Part shown: positions 17,851 to 27,886 of the stretch, in pieces
Position numbering within the stretch: the stretch's first letter is position 1
How the letters are laid out: the number at the start of each line of letters is the position of its first letter
Assembly (NCBI GenBank): GCA_029560465.1
Contig: JAKQKX010000016.1
Coordinates: forward strand, 141,093 to 205,092
Source: Candidatus Omnitrophota bacterium
Lineage (GTDB): Bacteria; Omnitrophota; Gorgyraeia; Zapsychrales; JANLHA01
DNA length: 64,000 bases
Direction: 5' to 3'
The notes under the pieces: model-generated
Database searches by the model: none
What the model saw: the letters and a program-made list of their open reading frames with translations, nothing else
Told to the model about the DNA's origin: nothing
Translations under genes and position numbers: made by a program

Positions 17851-18540
17851 ATGAACACATCCGTTCAGGTTTTGATCGTTGGCTCTGGAAAACTTGCCGC
17901 AGAACTCATTGAAAACCTCAAGAGCCGGAGTATCGCTTCTGTGCTTCCCTGGAACAGAAAAGGTGAAAGGCTTGAATGTAAAAGCGTCGTCGTCCATGCC
18001 GGGTCAGGGCGTGAACTGCCGGGCGTGGTGTCGTTCTGCTCAGCCAATAATTCGGTGCTGATAGAGCTGTCGACAGGCGGAAACCTGGCTGAGGAAAGCC
18101 ATCCGTTCCCGGTTATAATTTGCCCGAACATAAATATCCTGATGTTGAAATTCATGGCCATGCTTCAAAGCCAGGGCTATCTGTTCCGGGAATACCAGAA
18201 AACGATTCTTGAGTCACATCAGGCGGCAAAGACGTCCGCGCCGGGCACGGCCATTAACATTGCTCGTTCCCTTGGCGTGGACCCCGGGCAAATTGTTTCG
18301 GTGCGAAACCCGGTGGTGCAGGAAAATGAGCTTGGAATCCCTTCAGAATTTCTCCCGCGGCATGCCTACCACCGGGTCATCATTGGCGACGAGAATGTCA
18401 GGATAACCTTTGAGACAAAGGTGCTTGGACAGTCGCCCTATGCTTTGGGGCTGGCAAAGGTCATTGAAGCCATCTGCGGAAGAGACCTGGAGCCGAAGCC
18501 CTATGATATCCTTACCTTGATCCAAAGCGGGTGGCTATGA
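17851..18540 (+). CDS. DapB-family (4-hydroxy-tetrahydrodipicolinate reductase-like) protein, short divergent form
   Basis: N-terminal GxGxxA Rossmann motif (VLIVGSGKLAAEL). ESHQAAKTSAPGTA matches the DapB E-x-H-H-x-x-K-x-DAPSGTA region with one His replaced. Confidence 0.5.
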   Translation: MNTSVQVLIVGSGKLAAELIENLKSRSIASVLPWNRKGERLECKSVVVHAGSGRELPGVVSFCSANNSVLIELSTGGNLAEESHPFPVIICPNINILMLKFMAMLQSQGYLFREYQKTILESHQAAKTSAPGTAINIARSLGVDPGQIVSVRNPVVQENELGIPSEFLPRHAYHRVIIGDENVRITFETKVLGQSPYALGLAKVIEAICGRDLEPKPYDILTLIQSGWL

Positions 18541-18802
18541 AAAGCCGGAGGGGTGCATTCGTAACCGGCGCTGGAACCGGAAACGGCGAGTCAATCGCGG
18601 AACGTCTTTTTGCTGGCGGCGCTTCGGTTGCGCTGGTCAGCCGTCGCCTTGATCTAGAGAAAGCTGTCTGCCAAAGAATTGATCCAGAGGGCTGCGTGCC
18701 TTAGCCCTTGAGGCTATTGAAACAGACCAGGCCGATGTTTTTTCCTCTATGAAGGATGATATCCCTGCCATGCTTGCCAACGGCTATGGTGCTATCGTGT
18801 AA
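18536..18802 (+). pseudogene. Short-chain dehydrogenase/reductase (SDR) pseudogene, 5' part (frameshifted, internally deleted), disrupted by an IS element
   Basis: MKSRRGAFVTGAGTGNGESIA is an SDR TGxxxGxG N-terminus. A premature stop and a frame change follow. The second frame reads ...MLANGYGAIV up to the IS boundary. Confidence 0.65.
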
Positions 18803-18826
18803 TGCACCCCATTAAGCAAGGGATTT

Positions 18827-19609
18827 TTAAGTTAGAATCGGCTCTTTGTTAAGCTGACATTTTTCATAAAATTGCGCTGGCGTCAGGTTGTCCAGAGACT
18901 GATGGGGGAAATCGGTGTTGTAGTCGTGGATCCATTGAGCCAGACGGACTTCGAATTCAAAAGGGTTTTCCCAGTCATAGGGCCAAACAATGTCTTCTTT
19001 GATGGTTCGCATGACACGTTCGGTATCTGAGTTGCCTTTGGGGTTTGACCAGGTTGTAAAGATTTGTTTTAAGCCCAGGATCGAGCAGTTCATCATGAAC
19101 CGCTGGGATGTGGGCTGGCAGCCGTTATCTGATATAAGAAACAATTTTTGTTCTTTGAGTGCTTCACGGATTCCGTCAGGGAATCGGTCATTGACCGCCA
19201 TCTGTAAGGCGTCGAGCCAGTGATCGGTTTTGGATTGAAGGCTCAAAGCATGGCCGACGATCTCCTTGGAATGCCAGTCAAGGACAACGCAGAGGTACAG
19301 CCAGCCCCAGCCATAGAGTTTGATTTTGGTCATGTCGATGCCCCAGAACTGATTGGGGCGGGAAGCGACGGGCTTGGGACGCATTGGTCCGCGTTTGGCC
19401 TTGAGGCGAGCCTGCGGTGTCACGATCAGGTTTTGCTCTTTCATAAGACGATAGATGCGTTTTTTATTAACCGCCATACCTTGACGGTATTTGAGATACG
19501 ACCAGATTCTGCGGTAGCCCCATAAGGGATGGTCGGTCTTGATCTGTTTGATCTGATCCAGTAGTTTTTGATTGCGCCGGGTTACGGATTGGGATTTTGC
19601 TCTTTTCAT
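18827..19609 (-). CDS. IS3-family transposase OrfB (rve/DDE integrase core)
   Basis: DDE residues in WGIDMTKI, SDNGCQPTS and ERVMRTIKE contexts. 260 aa. Confidence 0.8.
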   Translation of the reverse strand: MKRAKSQSVTRRNQKLLDQIKQIKTDHPLWGYRRIWSYLKYRQGMAVNKKRIYRLMKEQNLIVTPQARLKAKRGPMRPKPVASRPNQFWGIDMTKIKLYGWGWLYLCVVLDWHSKEIVGHALSLQSKTDHWLDALQMAVNDRFPDGIREALKEQKLFLISDNGCQPTSQRFMMNCSILGLKQIFTTWSNPKGNSDTERVMRTIKEDIVWPYDWENPFEFEVRLAQWIHDYNTDFPHQSLDNLTPAQFYEKCQLNKEPILT

Positions 19610-19881
19610 AACTCGAATTCGCTTTTTTTTAACTCAACAGTGAGGTCGCCGATGATTCTTTTGAGTTGGGTGACTTCCTGTTCGAGGTGATGTTCTTTCT
19701 TGGTGATATTTTTGGTTTCGAAGGCTTGATGGCCGAATTTCAAGAGTTGATCGCGCCATTGATAGTACTGAGTCTGGGCGATCTGGTACTTGGCGCAGAG
19801 CTTGCTGATTTCGATTTGGCCGGAAAGGCCCTCTAAGACGATTTGCAGCTTTTGCTGGCTGGTCCATTGACGTTTTTTCAT
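19606..19881 (-). CDS. IS3-family transposase OrfA (HTH)
   Basis: 91 aa. HTH plus leucine zipper. An AAAAAAAAG slippery run at the orfA/orfB overlap supports -1 frameshifting. Confidence 0.75.
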   Translation of the reverse strand: MKKRQWTSQQKLQIVLEGLSGQIEISKLCAKYQIAQTQYYQWRDQLLKFGHQAFETKNITKKEHHLEQEVTQLKRIIGDLTVELKKSEFEL

Positions 19882-19948
19882 TGAATAAAGCTCCTTTTAG
19901 TTGGAGCCTTATTCTAACTTAAAACCGCGATTCTGTTAATGGGGTGCA

Positions 19949-20070
19949 GTATAATCGTGAACATGTCTTCCGCTAACGGGATGGTTGGCCGGCCCAAGAA
20001 AGGGGCCAGGAAACTTGGCGCCGAGGGCGCAACCCCGGTCACTTTATCAGGACTAACAGGCACAGGATTA
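19949..20070 (+). pseudogene. SDR pseudogene, 3' fragment (IVNMSSANGMVG...)
   Basis: Continues the SDR catalytic Ser region after the IS. The downstream sequence is degenerate (YxxxK not intact). Confidence 0.55.
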
Positions 20071-21707
20071 TGATCATGAGAATCCGGGAAAAAATATTTC
20101 CGTATACAATTGTGTGCTTTCTTGCGTTTTTATGTTTGCTCACCGTTTCTGTTTGCGCGGCAACCATAGACGACACGTTTGACCTGCCGCAGGATCTTGA
20201 GGAGGCCATGGTCAAGGATGCCTGGGAAGAGGGTGATCTAAAGAGAACCCAGTCTATGCTCAACAGCGCCCTGGCCAAGTATCCTGAAAGCGCCGTATTG
20301 TGGGATATTCAGTCTGGTGTTGCGTTAAAGCGAAATGATTATAGGAAGGCCGCGGAGGCGGAAACCCGGGCGCTGAAAATATCCTCAACGCCTGTGAGAC
20401 ATAGCAACCTGGGCTGGATATACTTTCAGCTGAAACAATACAACAGTGCTGTTATGCATTATAAGATAGGGCTGAACGGGGTGCAGAAATGTACGGATGC
20501 TTGTTTCTACCTTGCGGAGTGCTTGGAGAAGATCGGTAGGCAGGACGAAGCCGCAACATATTACCGCCAATATCTGGAGGCGTCCCCGGCCGGGCCGAAA
20601 AGGAATGCCGCGGAAGAACGCCTGGCGTCGCTTACAGGAATCAGGGGCCCTGGAAACGACGCTGGAGTTCCGCCGGTAATATCAGGCGGCCTTGAGAGCC
20701 TGTCCCCGGAACAGAAACGCCGGTCGGATGCCGACTGCAACGAAAAATTCCCTGGTCTTGTTGCCGTTGATTTTAATCCTCAAACCCGGAAAGTGACTTG
20801 CGGCTGCCCGGACGGCGGTGTCGATATCGGCGAGGGATGCCTGGGCAGACTTGAACTGGAGATCATCCGGGCCGTGAACAGGAAGGACGTCGACCGGGCG
20901 GAACAACTGGCCGCCATGGTGAAACCGGGAACTCAATTCTATTCCAAGGTGCTGGAAGATGTGCGGTTTCTGGCAAAGATCAAGAGAGAAACCCCGTGGA
21001 TGTTCCATGAAGAAACATTCAGGCGGGAGATGGATCGGCGGGACCGCGAGTTTCAGAAGGCCATGCGGGAGCATGACCAGCAGAGCCGGCAGAATGATGC
21101 GCTGTGGGCTCAGCTTATTCAGACAAACCTTGAAACACAGATGAAGGCCATGAGCGATATGTTTGCCGCCGCGGGAAGCACAGCATCGTCTAATGCGTTT
21201 ACTCACGGAAACACACCGCCCGACGGAACCCCTGGAGGAACGAGCAACGAACAAATGACAGACCGGCTGGTCTTGATGCAGACACCGTATGATGGGCCGG
21301 ATAGCGGGTCCTACAACTGGGTTCCTCCTTTAAACGTCGGCAAAGATGACATCGTGGGGGTATGGACGTGTGAATTATTTAAGATTGCCGTTATGAAAGA
21401 CGGTAAGAATTACGTGGTGAAAGTCCTTGATACATACCCCATCCCGAAGAAAAAAGGCCGTGGTGTCACAAAATACCCTTTTGGGCCGGGAGAGACCTGC
21501 TGTAGTGTCGGGGAAGGAGTCGGCGGCGGAGGCGACGCGTTTTTAGCGTACCGGGGATCCGGATGGCTTTGGGCCGGAACGGACAGGACCTGGGGCGCGC
21601 AGGAGCTTGTGATGAAGTCTGATAAAGACGGGCTTTATCTTTATATGTATTATGGCGAAGCCGATGGGCATTGGTTTTCAGCGTACAAAATGAGAAAATT
21701 AAAATAG
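20070..21707 (+). CDS. Secreted TPR-repeat protein, C-terminal region unknown
   Basis: Signal peptide. TPR-like repeats occupy roughly residues 50-170. 545 aa. Confidence 0.6.
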   Translation: MIMRIREKIFPYTIVCFLAFLCLLTVSVCAATIDDTFDLPQDLEEAMVKDAWEEGDLKRTQSMLNSALAKYPESAVLWDIQSGVALKRNDYRKAAEAETRALKISSTPVRHSNLGWIYFQLKQYNSAVMHYKIGLNGVQKCTDACFYLAECLEKIGRQDEAATYYRQYLEASPAGPKRNAAEERLASLTGIRGPGNDAGVPPVISGGLESLSPEQKRRSDADCNEKFPGLVAVDFNPQTRKVTCGCPDGGVDIGEGCLGRLELEIIRAVNRKDVDRAEQLAAMVKPGTQFYSKVLEDVRFLAKIKRETPWMFHEETFRREMDRRDREFQKAMREHDQQSRQNDALWAQLIQTNLETQMKAMSDMFAAAGSTASSNAFTHGNTPPDGTPGGTSNEQMTDRLVLMQTPYDGPDSGSYNWVPPLNVGKDDIVGVWTCELFKIAVMKDGKNYVVKVLDTYPIPKKKGRGVTKYPFGPGETCCSVGEGVGGGGDAFLAYRGSGWLWAGTDRTWGAQELVMKSDKDGLYLYMYYGEADGHWFSAYKMRKLK

Positions 21708-21770
21708 AGGTTTTTCGTAACATGCCGGCATTGCCCTAACGGAGCTCATTTAACGATCGCTTTAGCCGGG

Positions 21771-21795
21771 CTCCGGGGGGGGGAAACCCCCGGAG
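21771..21795. repeat. Perfect 9-bp-stem hairpin containing a G9 homopolymer (CTCCGGGGG-ggggaaa-CCCCCGGAG)
   Basis: Seen in sequence 64 nt after the TPR gene stop. No U-tract follows. Confidence 0.6.
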
Positions 21796-22067
21796 GAAGA
21801 GGGTAATCCTGTCTGAAAAACAGGCCTATAAAGAGTTAGAAAAGAGGGCCCTGGAATTAGAAGCCGTTGAGCTTGAACTCGAGAAAGCGGGAGGGAGTTA
21901 TCGTTGTTTTCCCGAACGGGTCAAGCCCATTGTCGAGACAGCATCTTGCCACATGGAACGCAGGCGAGTGCTGCGGTTATGCGCGTGATGAGGCGATTGA
22001 GGAAGCGCTGAGGACTGTGGAAGACAGCTAGGGCACACCTTGATTTTTAAATAAAAGGAGAGGGACA

Positions 22068-22631
22068 GTGAATCAAACTATTGAGACAATTATGAACCGG
22101 CGGTCTGTCAGGTTTTACGCATCGAGGCCAATCCCCAGGGAAGCATTGCGGACAATCCTTGAGGCCGGCCATGCGGCGCCGTCAGGGATGAACGCGCGGA
22201 ATTGGCGATTTGTTGCCGTGGAAGACCCATTATTCAAGAATAAACTGCTGTCTTTGGCTTTGCCAAGATATCAGGCCTGGCTGGAAAAAGCTCCGGAAGC
22301 GTTAAAAAATATGCGCAAGGAGATTGATGCCGCTTGTCCGGACCCCATATATTACAATGCCGCCGCCATCATCTTTGTCATCGGCTCCGGGATGACCAGC
22401 GACCTTGATACGCCCATGGTCTGTCAGAATATTATGCTTGCCGCGCGTTCTTTGGAAATAGGAAGTTGCTGGGTTTATTTTGGGCAGTTACCGCTCGACG
22501 ATCTGAAAGTTAGAAATATCCTGGAGCTTCAAGAGCAAGAGAAGGTTTACGGCCCCATTTTGCTGGGATATCCTCAAAGAGGCTTCCCGGAAGCGTCGCC
22601 CAAGAACGCCCCTGTTATAAAATGGATTTAG
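22068..22631 (+). CDS. Nitroreductase family protein
   Basis: MNRRSVRFY...HAAPSGMNARNWRFVAV is the typical FMN nitroreductase N-terminus. Confidence 0.75.
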   Translation: MNQTIETIMNRRSVRFYASRPIPREALRTILEAGHAAPSGMNARNWRFVAVEDPLFKNKLLSLALPRYQAWLEKAPEALKNMRKEIDAACPDPIYYNAAAIIFVIGSGMTSDLDTPMVCQNIMLAARSLEIGSCWVYFGQLPLDDLKVRNILELQEQEKVYGPILLGYPQRGFPEASPKNAPVIKWI

Positions 22632-22698
22632 AAACAATGCGGAAGGTGGATTCCTGCCCGGCCGGCGTGGTGACGCAATGGGGGCAGGGCGGATCGCG

Positions 22699-24570
22699 TT
22701 AGGAAGTTTCTAGAACAAATTCTCCAACGGTTTTTTTTAATTCTTCAGATAAATTAGAAAGTTTCTTCGCCGAGTCCATAAATTGTTGTGTGGAAGATAA
22801 GAATTGTTGAGTAACATCAGAAATGTTCAATATGCAACCCACCGTCTCATTTGAAGCGACGCGCTGTTCTTGGATAATGCGCGAAATTTCTTGCGCGGCA
22901 GTGCTGGTTTCCTGTACTAACTCTAAGACGTGTGCCACTTGCTTAACAGAATCACTCATATCACTAACAGCCAATCTTGTTTCTTCTTGAATCTCGTCAA
23001 TTATTACTCTTATTTCGTTTGTAGACGAAGAAGACTTCGAGGCAAGCTTTTTTACTTCTCTGGCAACAATACTAAACCCTCTCCCCGCCTCTCCAGCCCT
23101 AGCCGCTTCAATACTCGCGTTTAACGCCAAAAGGTTTGTTTGTTCGACAACATTATCAATTAATTCGGTAATTCCTCCAATATATTTTAACTTTTTTTCC
23201 AAATTCGCGATACGCGAGTCCGTTTGAATGATCTTTTGATTCACTTCCTGCATGCTGAAAAATGTGCGTTCAGCAATCTTGGCAACCCCTTCTGAACTTT
23301 CGGCAATATGCGAAGAAGTGGTCGCCAGTTCTTCAGCCGTTGAAGAAGCCTGTTCCACTGTCGTCGCCTGGGCTTGGGCGTCGGAAGCTTGTTTGGTCGC
23401 ATTGCTATTAATTTTTGCAGCAAATTGGTTGATTTCAAGCCCGGCATTCCGGATATGTGATATGACGTCTCTTAAAGTCTCAACAACTTTATTATAAGAA
23501 ATCGCAAGTTCACCGATTTCATCATGGCTGTTGACACGAATTGCCTTCGTTAAATTTTTTGCCCCGATATTTTTCATCCCATCTTTCAGCCTTTCTATAG
23601 GATTTGTAATCGAAACCGATATAAAGAAACTAAAAATAACCGCCACAATAATGCTGATAATCCCCACAGCCACAATAACACCTTTTAATTTCAAAGCCTC
23701 CTTGAATAATTCATTATCAGGAATAGTTATCGCCGCGGACCAATTTAAGCGCTGATAAGGAAAATAAAATATGTATTTTAACACGCCTTCGAATTCATAC
23801 TCGCCGCGCCCCTGCTCCATGTTGATCATATGATTTCCCACTTCGGTTAACCTTTTATCTGAACTCTTGAGTATATTAAGATGTAAGATATTGTCTTTTT
23901 TGGGGTGAGCAATGGCGAGGCCGTCTTTGTTCACCAAATATCCATATCCTGTCTCGCCAGCCTTTATTTCGTCAATAAACGAAGTTACGGCGCTCCCTTT
24001 TATGTCCAAGGCAATAACGCCGATCTTTTTGCCATCTTTAGCAGTTAACACTTTTGACATTGTTAATATAGCCGAGTTCGTTGTTTGATCAAGGTACATA
24101 TCAGAGATATAGACTTTTTGGGGGTCTGTTAACGCGCCACGAAACCATCCGGCTTTTGATTCATCCTTGTTAATATTTCCAGAATTATTTAAAGTCGTTA
24201 ACATTTGTTTGCCTTCAAGGGATACCAGCCGAATCCGTGATAAGTACGGCCGTTTATTTATATAATCCTGATACTCATTAATGACGTCGGAAAGACGGCT
24301 GCGCATGTAGTCATTTAAGTAAAACGCTATTTGTGTAGTAGGCTTGCTTGACAATTCTTCAGCATCACGAATACAAACTTCTAAAAAAGCATCCATTTGT
24401 TTTATGGATTTTTCGAGGAGACTGCTTAATGATTGGGAAAACTGAGAAACGAGCGCTTGGGAAGCAGAAGAGTAAGAGAAATATCCTAAAGCGCACAGCG
24501 GGAGAGCAATAAGAATTAAATAGGAGAGGAACAGTTTTACTTGCATCTTCGTTTTTTTTAAAAAAAACAT
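22699..24570 (-). CDS. Methyl-accepting chemotaxis protein with periplasmic dCache-type sensor, HAMP and MCP signalling domains
   Basis: N-terminal TM, a roughly 270-aa periplasmic region, a second TM, HAMP, then a methyl-accepting signalling domain ([31 protein letters not shown]). Low GC, about 38%. Confidence 0.8.
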   Translation of the reverse strand: MFFLKKTKMQVKLFLSYLILIALPLCALGYFSYSSASQALVSQFSQSLSSLLEKSIKQMDAFLEVCIRDAEELSSKPTTQIAFYLNDYMRSRLSDVINEYQDYINKRPYLSRIRLVSLEGKQMLTTLNNSGNINKDESKAGWFRGALTDPQKVYISDMYLDQTTNSAILTMSKVLTAKDGKKIGVIALDIKGSAVTSFIDEIKAGETGYGYLVNKDGLAIAHPKKDNILHLNILKSSDKRLTEVGNHMINMEQGRGEYEFEGVLKYIFYFPYQRLNWSAAITIPDNELFKEALKLKGVIVAVGIISIIVAVIFSFFISVSITNPIERLKDGMKNIGAKNLTKAIRVNSHDEIGELAISYNKVVETLRDVISHIRNAGLEINQFAAKINSNATKQASDAQAQATTVEQASSTAEELATTSSHIAESSEGVAKIAERTFFSMQEVNQKIIQTDSRIANLEKKLKYIGGITELIDNVVEQTNLLALNASIEAARAGEAGRGFSIVAREVKKLASKSSSSTNEIRVIIDEIQEETRLAVSDMSDSVKQVAHVLELVQETSTAAQEISRIIQEQRVASNETVGCILNISDVTQQFLSSTQQFMDSAKKLSNLSEELKKTVGEFVLETS

Positions 24571-24884
24571 GACGCTTCCCTTCTTGTTTTTGAAGTCGAG
24601 AAACAAAAAATAAACGGCGATATCATCAGTCTTCGGCTTTGATGCCTCATTCCAACGATTTGTTAAGAATTGTCATATTAAATATATCTCTCTTTCTTGA
24701 AACTTGCATTTAAAATCTCGTTTTTTTGGTTGATACAAAAACTAACTCATTATGAAAACAAAAGTAACATTAGAGAATTTTTCTTTAATTTTAAAATGAC
24801 AAAAAAAACAGAATTTTGCTAAATTAAGAATTGAATATTGGTTATAATATTAGCAACTTTAATTTTAAAAGGAAGGAGAGCGTT

Positions 24885-26240
24885 ATGGAGAAGTGCCTGA
24901 GGAAATGTTTCATCGTTTTGACTTTAGTTGGGTTTATTATTTCCATGGCAGGAGTCGCAAGTGCAGACTTCTTGCAAGAGTTAGAAGAAAGGCTCGAAGT
25001 CAGCGGTGACATCATGACGATGGCAACTTATATGACGAATTACCGAGGGCAGGGGGGCGACGACGGGGCAATTATTACAAGGGCATTAGTGGCCTTGGAT
25101 TCCAAGATAACCGATAACCTGCTTTTAAGGAGCGAGCTTGGCTACTGGCAGAATTGGCAACATTACCGTAAAACTTATCATGCCAGTGAATTAGAAGATG
25201 CCCCTGAGTCTGCTGACCCGGTTGTGGCAAATCTTTATTTACAGCTTACAGATTTTTGGCAGGGCTTTAGCGCTACTCTTGGAAGGCAATATATGGGGGA
25301 AAGTGAAGACGCCTTTTTCTATTTTGGGCCTCACTCCGGACGCTTTTTGGAATTGACGGCCATTGATGCCATAAAGGTGGACAAGAACTGGGCTAAGATT
25401 AACTGGAGTACTTTTTTCGGGCAGCGGGCTAGAATGGGGACCGGGATCGCCATGGAAGGAAATTACGATGATCTCTTCTATGGTATCGAAGCCCAGACCG
25501 ACGAGATTTTTGAAGGTCATAATTTTAGGATGGGAACCTATTACCGCAAGCGGGTGGATGACACCCTGGGCGAAAAGTCCAACCTTGTCCTTTGGACATT
25601 AAAAGGTGACGGCAAAACCTTTATCGACAACTTGGACTATGCTTTTCTCCTGGGAATTAATGCCGGGGAAGACGATATAGCCAATAAAGATTACACCGGC
25701 TGGCTTGCCAGGTTAAAGGGCGATTATTCAATTAAATTAGAGGAAGACAACACAATTGATTTGAACGCCGGTTATGTTTATGTTTCCGGAGACAAGCTCG
25801 CCAGCCCGGGTAAGGATGAGAATTTCCGGCGCATCAGCCGTGACTGTTTTTTCTCCATGGCGTATATTACCTACGAGATATTAAATGATTCGTATGCCGA
25901 AGATGTTATTAATGTAAAGATCCCTTTTGTCGGCGTGGAGTATGGCTTTGGCGGAAAAGGCGAACAGATGGAGAACAAGATTTATAAAGAGTATGGCATA
26001 AAGACTGAAGATAAAGTCACGGTCGGGACGCGGTATGCGCTTCTTGATTGTGTCAGGGCCATATCCGGGGAAAAAGGAAAAGCGACCGAGGTCAATGGAT
26101 ATATTAAATATGAATTGAATAAAAATGTTTCGTTTCAGCTGGTAGGGGCCCGATTTTGGCCGAGAGGTTATTTGGAGAAAGCTTTCAAATCAGGGAAACC
26201 CATGAACCAGGTTTCTCTTTATACAGAAGTGCGTTTCTAA
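24885..26240 (+). CDS. Putative outer-membrane beta-barrel protein (porin-like)
   Basis: Signal peptide. The alternating-residue strand pattern and C-terminal ...YTEVRF aromatic terminus are typical of OM barrels. Strong AAGGAAGGAGAG RBS. Confidence 0.55.
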   Translation: MEKCLRKCFIVLTLVGFIISMAGVASADFLQELEERLEVSGDIMTMATYMTNYRGQGGDDGAIITRALVALDSKITDNLLLRSELGYWQNWQHYRKTYHASELEDAPESADPVVANLYLQLTDFWQGFSATLGRQYMGESEDAFFYFGPHSGRFLELTAIDAIKVDKNWAKINWSTFFGQRARMGTGIAMEGNYDDLFYGIEAQTDEIFEGHNFRMGTYYRKRVDDTLGEKSNLVLWTLKGDGKTFIDNLDYAFLLGINAGEDDIANKDYTGWLARLKGDYSIKLEEDNTIDLNAGYVYVSGDKLASPGKDENFRRISRDCFFSMAYITYEILNDSYAEDVINVKIPFVGVEYGFGGKGEQMENKIYKEYGIKTEDKVTVGTRYALLDCVRAISGEKGKATEVNGYIKYELNKNVSFQLVGARFWPRGYLEKAFKSGKPMNQVSLYTEVRF

Positions 26241-26486
26241 TTGCCGTTTTGTGTTTTCAAGGGGTTCAAACAGCCAAACAAAAGATAGATTAGGTTTTGG
26301 AAAATAGTTTTTAACGCATTTTCCGGTTAAGAAACTGTTTGTGCTTTATTATCTAAAAATCCTGCAGAGACCGCTTCGCTTAATAATTGATATTGTCTTT
26401 GGCCTCCAATCCGTCCAAGCTAACCCTGCTATCCGACTACTTCTTAATACCCGCATTAATGATGGATGGCAATTTATACAATTGTT

Positions 26487-26515
26487 TTGATTGACGTTCG
26501 GAATTAACGTATAAT
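26487..26515 (+). promoter_or_regulatory. Putative sigma70-type promoter (TTGATT-17-TATAAT)
   Basis: Hexamers with 17-nt spacing lie about 110 nt upstream of the 26626 start. Confidence 0.4.
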
Positions 26516-26625
26516 TTTTTAATTGAAAAGAGCCTTTATGAAACAGCGAAAAATAGCCGGCTCATGAGTTGAGGGGCCGCGGCATAAATTGTTTTGGGAT
26601 TTACAAATTAAAAAAGGAGTAAAAT

Positions 26626-27645
26626 ATGAGGTGGAATGTTATAAAAATTATTAGTATTTGCGCCGTCTTTTGTTTTGTAAATACCGCAATTTGTAAAGCA
26701 TCTGATAAAAAACAAACCGTTATTGGAATATTAAGGGTCGCTCCTCCGTTTGGAGTTGAGATCGAACAGGGATTTAAGGATACTTTAATATCTTTGAGCC
26801 AGGAAGCAGGGAACAAGATCCAATTTTTACCAACAAAAATAGCGCATAGCGAGTCAAAATATTTTGATGAAAACATCGCTATGGCGCAAGAATTACTTGA
26901 ACAAGGAGCCGATATCCTTATTACGATCGGGACACAGGCGAGTGTGCCGGTATGGCCGGCAATAAAGAAAACTGGAATTCCGATGATTTTCTCGGGAGTA
27001 ACCTTTCCCATTGAAGGAGGATTGATAAAAGAATTTAATAACCCTACAGGTGAAAATATAACGGGAATAAGTTATGGCGTGACGCCAGAGGCAAGATTAG
27101 AACTTTTCCGTAACATGTTTTCTGATGAAAGCAGATTTAATAAATTGGGATTTGTATACGATGGTAATGTGCTTCAAGAAACGATCTATGTAAAGCGTCT
27201 TAAAGCACTTGTTGATACGAAAGGATGGGAAATAGTATTTTTAGATTTTTATGACCCTGATCAAGGGAAGATTAGCTGTGAGCTTCTGTTGGAGAAATTG
27301 AAGCAAAGTACCCCGGACCTTATCTTTGGTTGGTTTAGCCTTGACCAGCTTAGTTCTGATGAAGAACAATTTAAGAAGTTGCAAGATTTATATAAAAAAC
27401 CAATACTCGGGATTACCAGTAAATTTACCGATGAAGGCGCGATCGGCGGCGTTTTAACGAACCATTTTTCTTTGGGGGCCCTGCAGGCAAAGATTGTGGA
27501 TAAGATAATCCAAGGGGAGAAAGCAGGCGCTATCCCTCCCATGGAGCCTGTTGAATATTTGATAGAACTCAACCTTAAAAAAGCTGCTGAGCTGGGAGTC
27601 GAGTTTGATTTGGATGTCATGGCTGCCGCGGACAGATTGATTTAA
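26626..27645 (+). CDS. Periplasmic substrate-binding protein, COG2984/ABC-type uncharacterised transport system-like
   Basis: Signal peptide. Size and alternating beta/alpha pattern fit a type I periplasmic-binding-protein fold. No adjacent permease or ATPase. Confidence 0.45.
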   Translation: MRWNVIKIISICAVFCFVNTAICKASDKKQTVIGILRVAPPFGVEIEQGFKDTLISLSQEAGNKIQFLPTKIAHSESKYFDENIAMAQELLEQGADILITIGTQASVPVWPAIKKTGIPMIFSGVTFPIEGGLIKEFNNPTGENITGISYGVTPEARLELFRNMFSDESRFNKLGFVYDGNVLQETIYVKRLKALVDTKGWEIVFLDFYDPDQGKISCELLLEKLKQSTPDLIFGWFSLDQLSSDEEQFKKLQDLYKKPILGITSKFTDEGAIGGVLTNHFSLGALQAKIVDKIIQGEKAGAIPPMEPVEYLIELNLKKAAELGVEFDLDVMAAADRLI

Positions 27646-27886
27646 TAAGCCGAAGGTGGATTCCAGGGAGCCGGAGAGCCCTCGCCGTCATCCCAGCAGC
27701 CTTCGCCCCAAGGAAAGCCTCTGTTTTCGCGACAGCGTGTTCTCCTCTACGACAGATGATTACGACTTCGGATTGTATCCTTAAAGGGATGATGCCCCGC
27801 TATGGGTTGAGGGGTTGGTAAGGTCAGGGTTGTTGATAAGAATTGTGAAATGTTAAATCAGTGCTTTTATAGAAAGGAACCAAAAA

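Larger units (their letters stand above)
18803..19948 (-). mobile_element. IS3-family insertion sequence (orfA/orfB with an A7G slippery site), imperfect terminal inverted repeats TGCACCCCATTAA...
   Basis: About 40-bp imperfect IRs at both ends. ATCGTG appears on both flanks, suggesting a 6-bp TSD. Joining the flanks restores the SDR motif GAIVNMSS. Confidence 0.75.
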
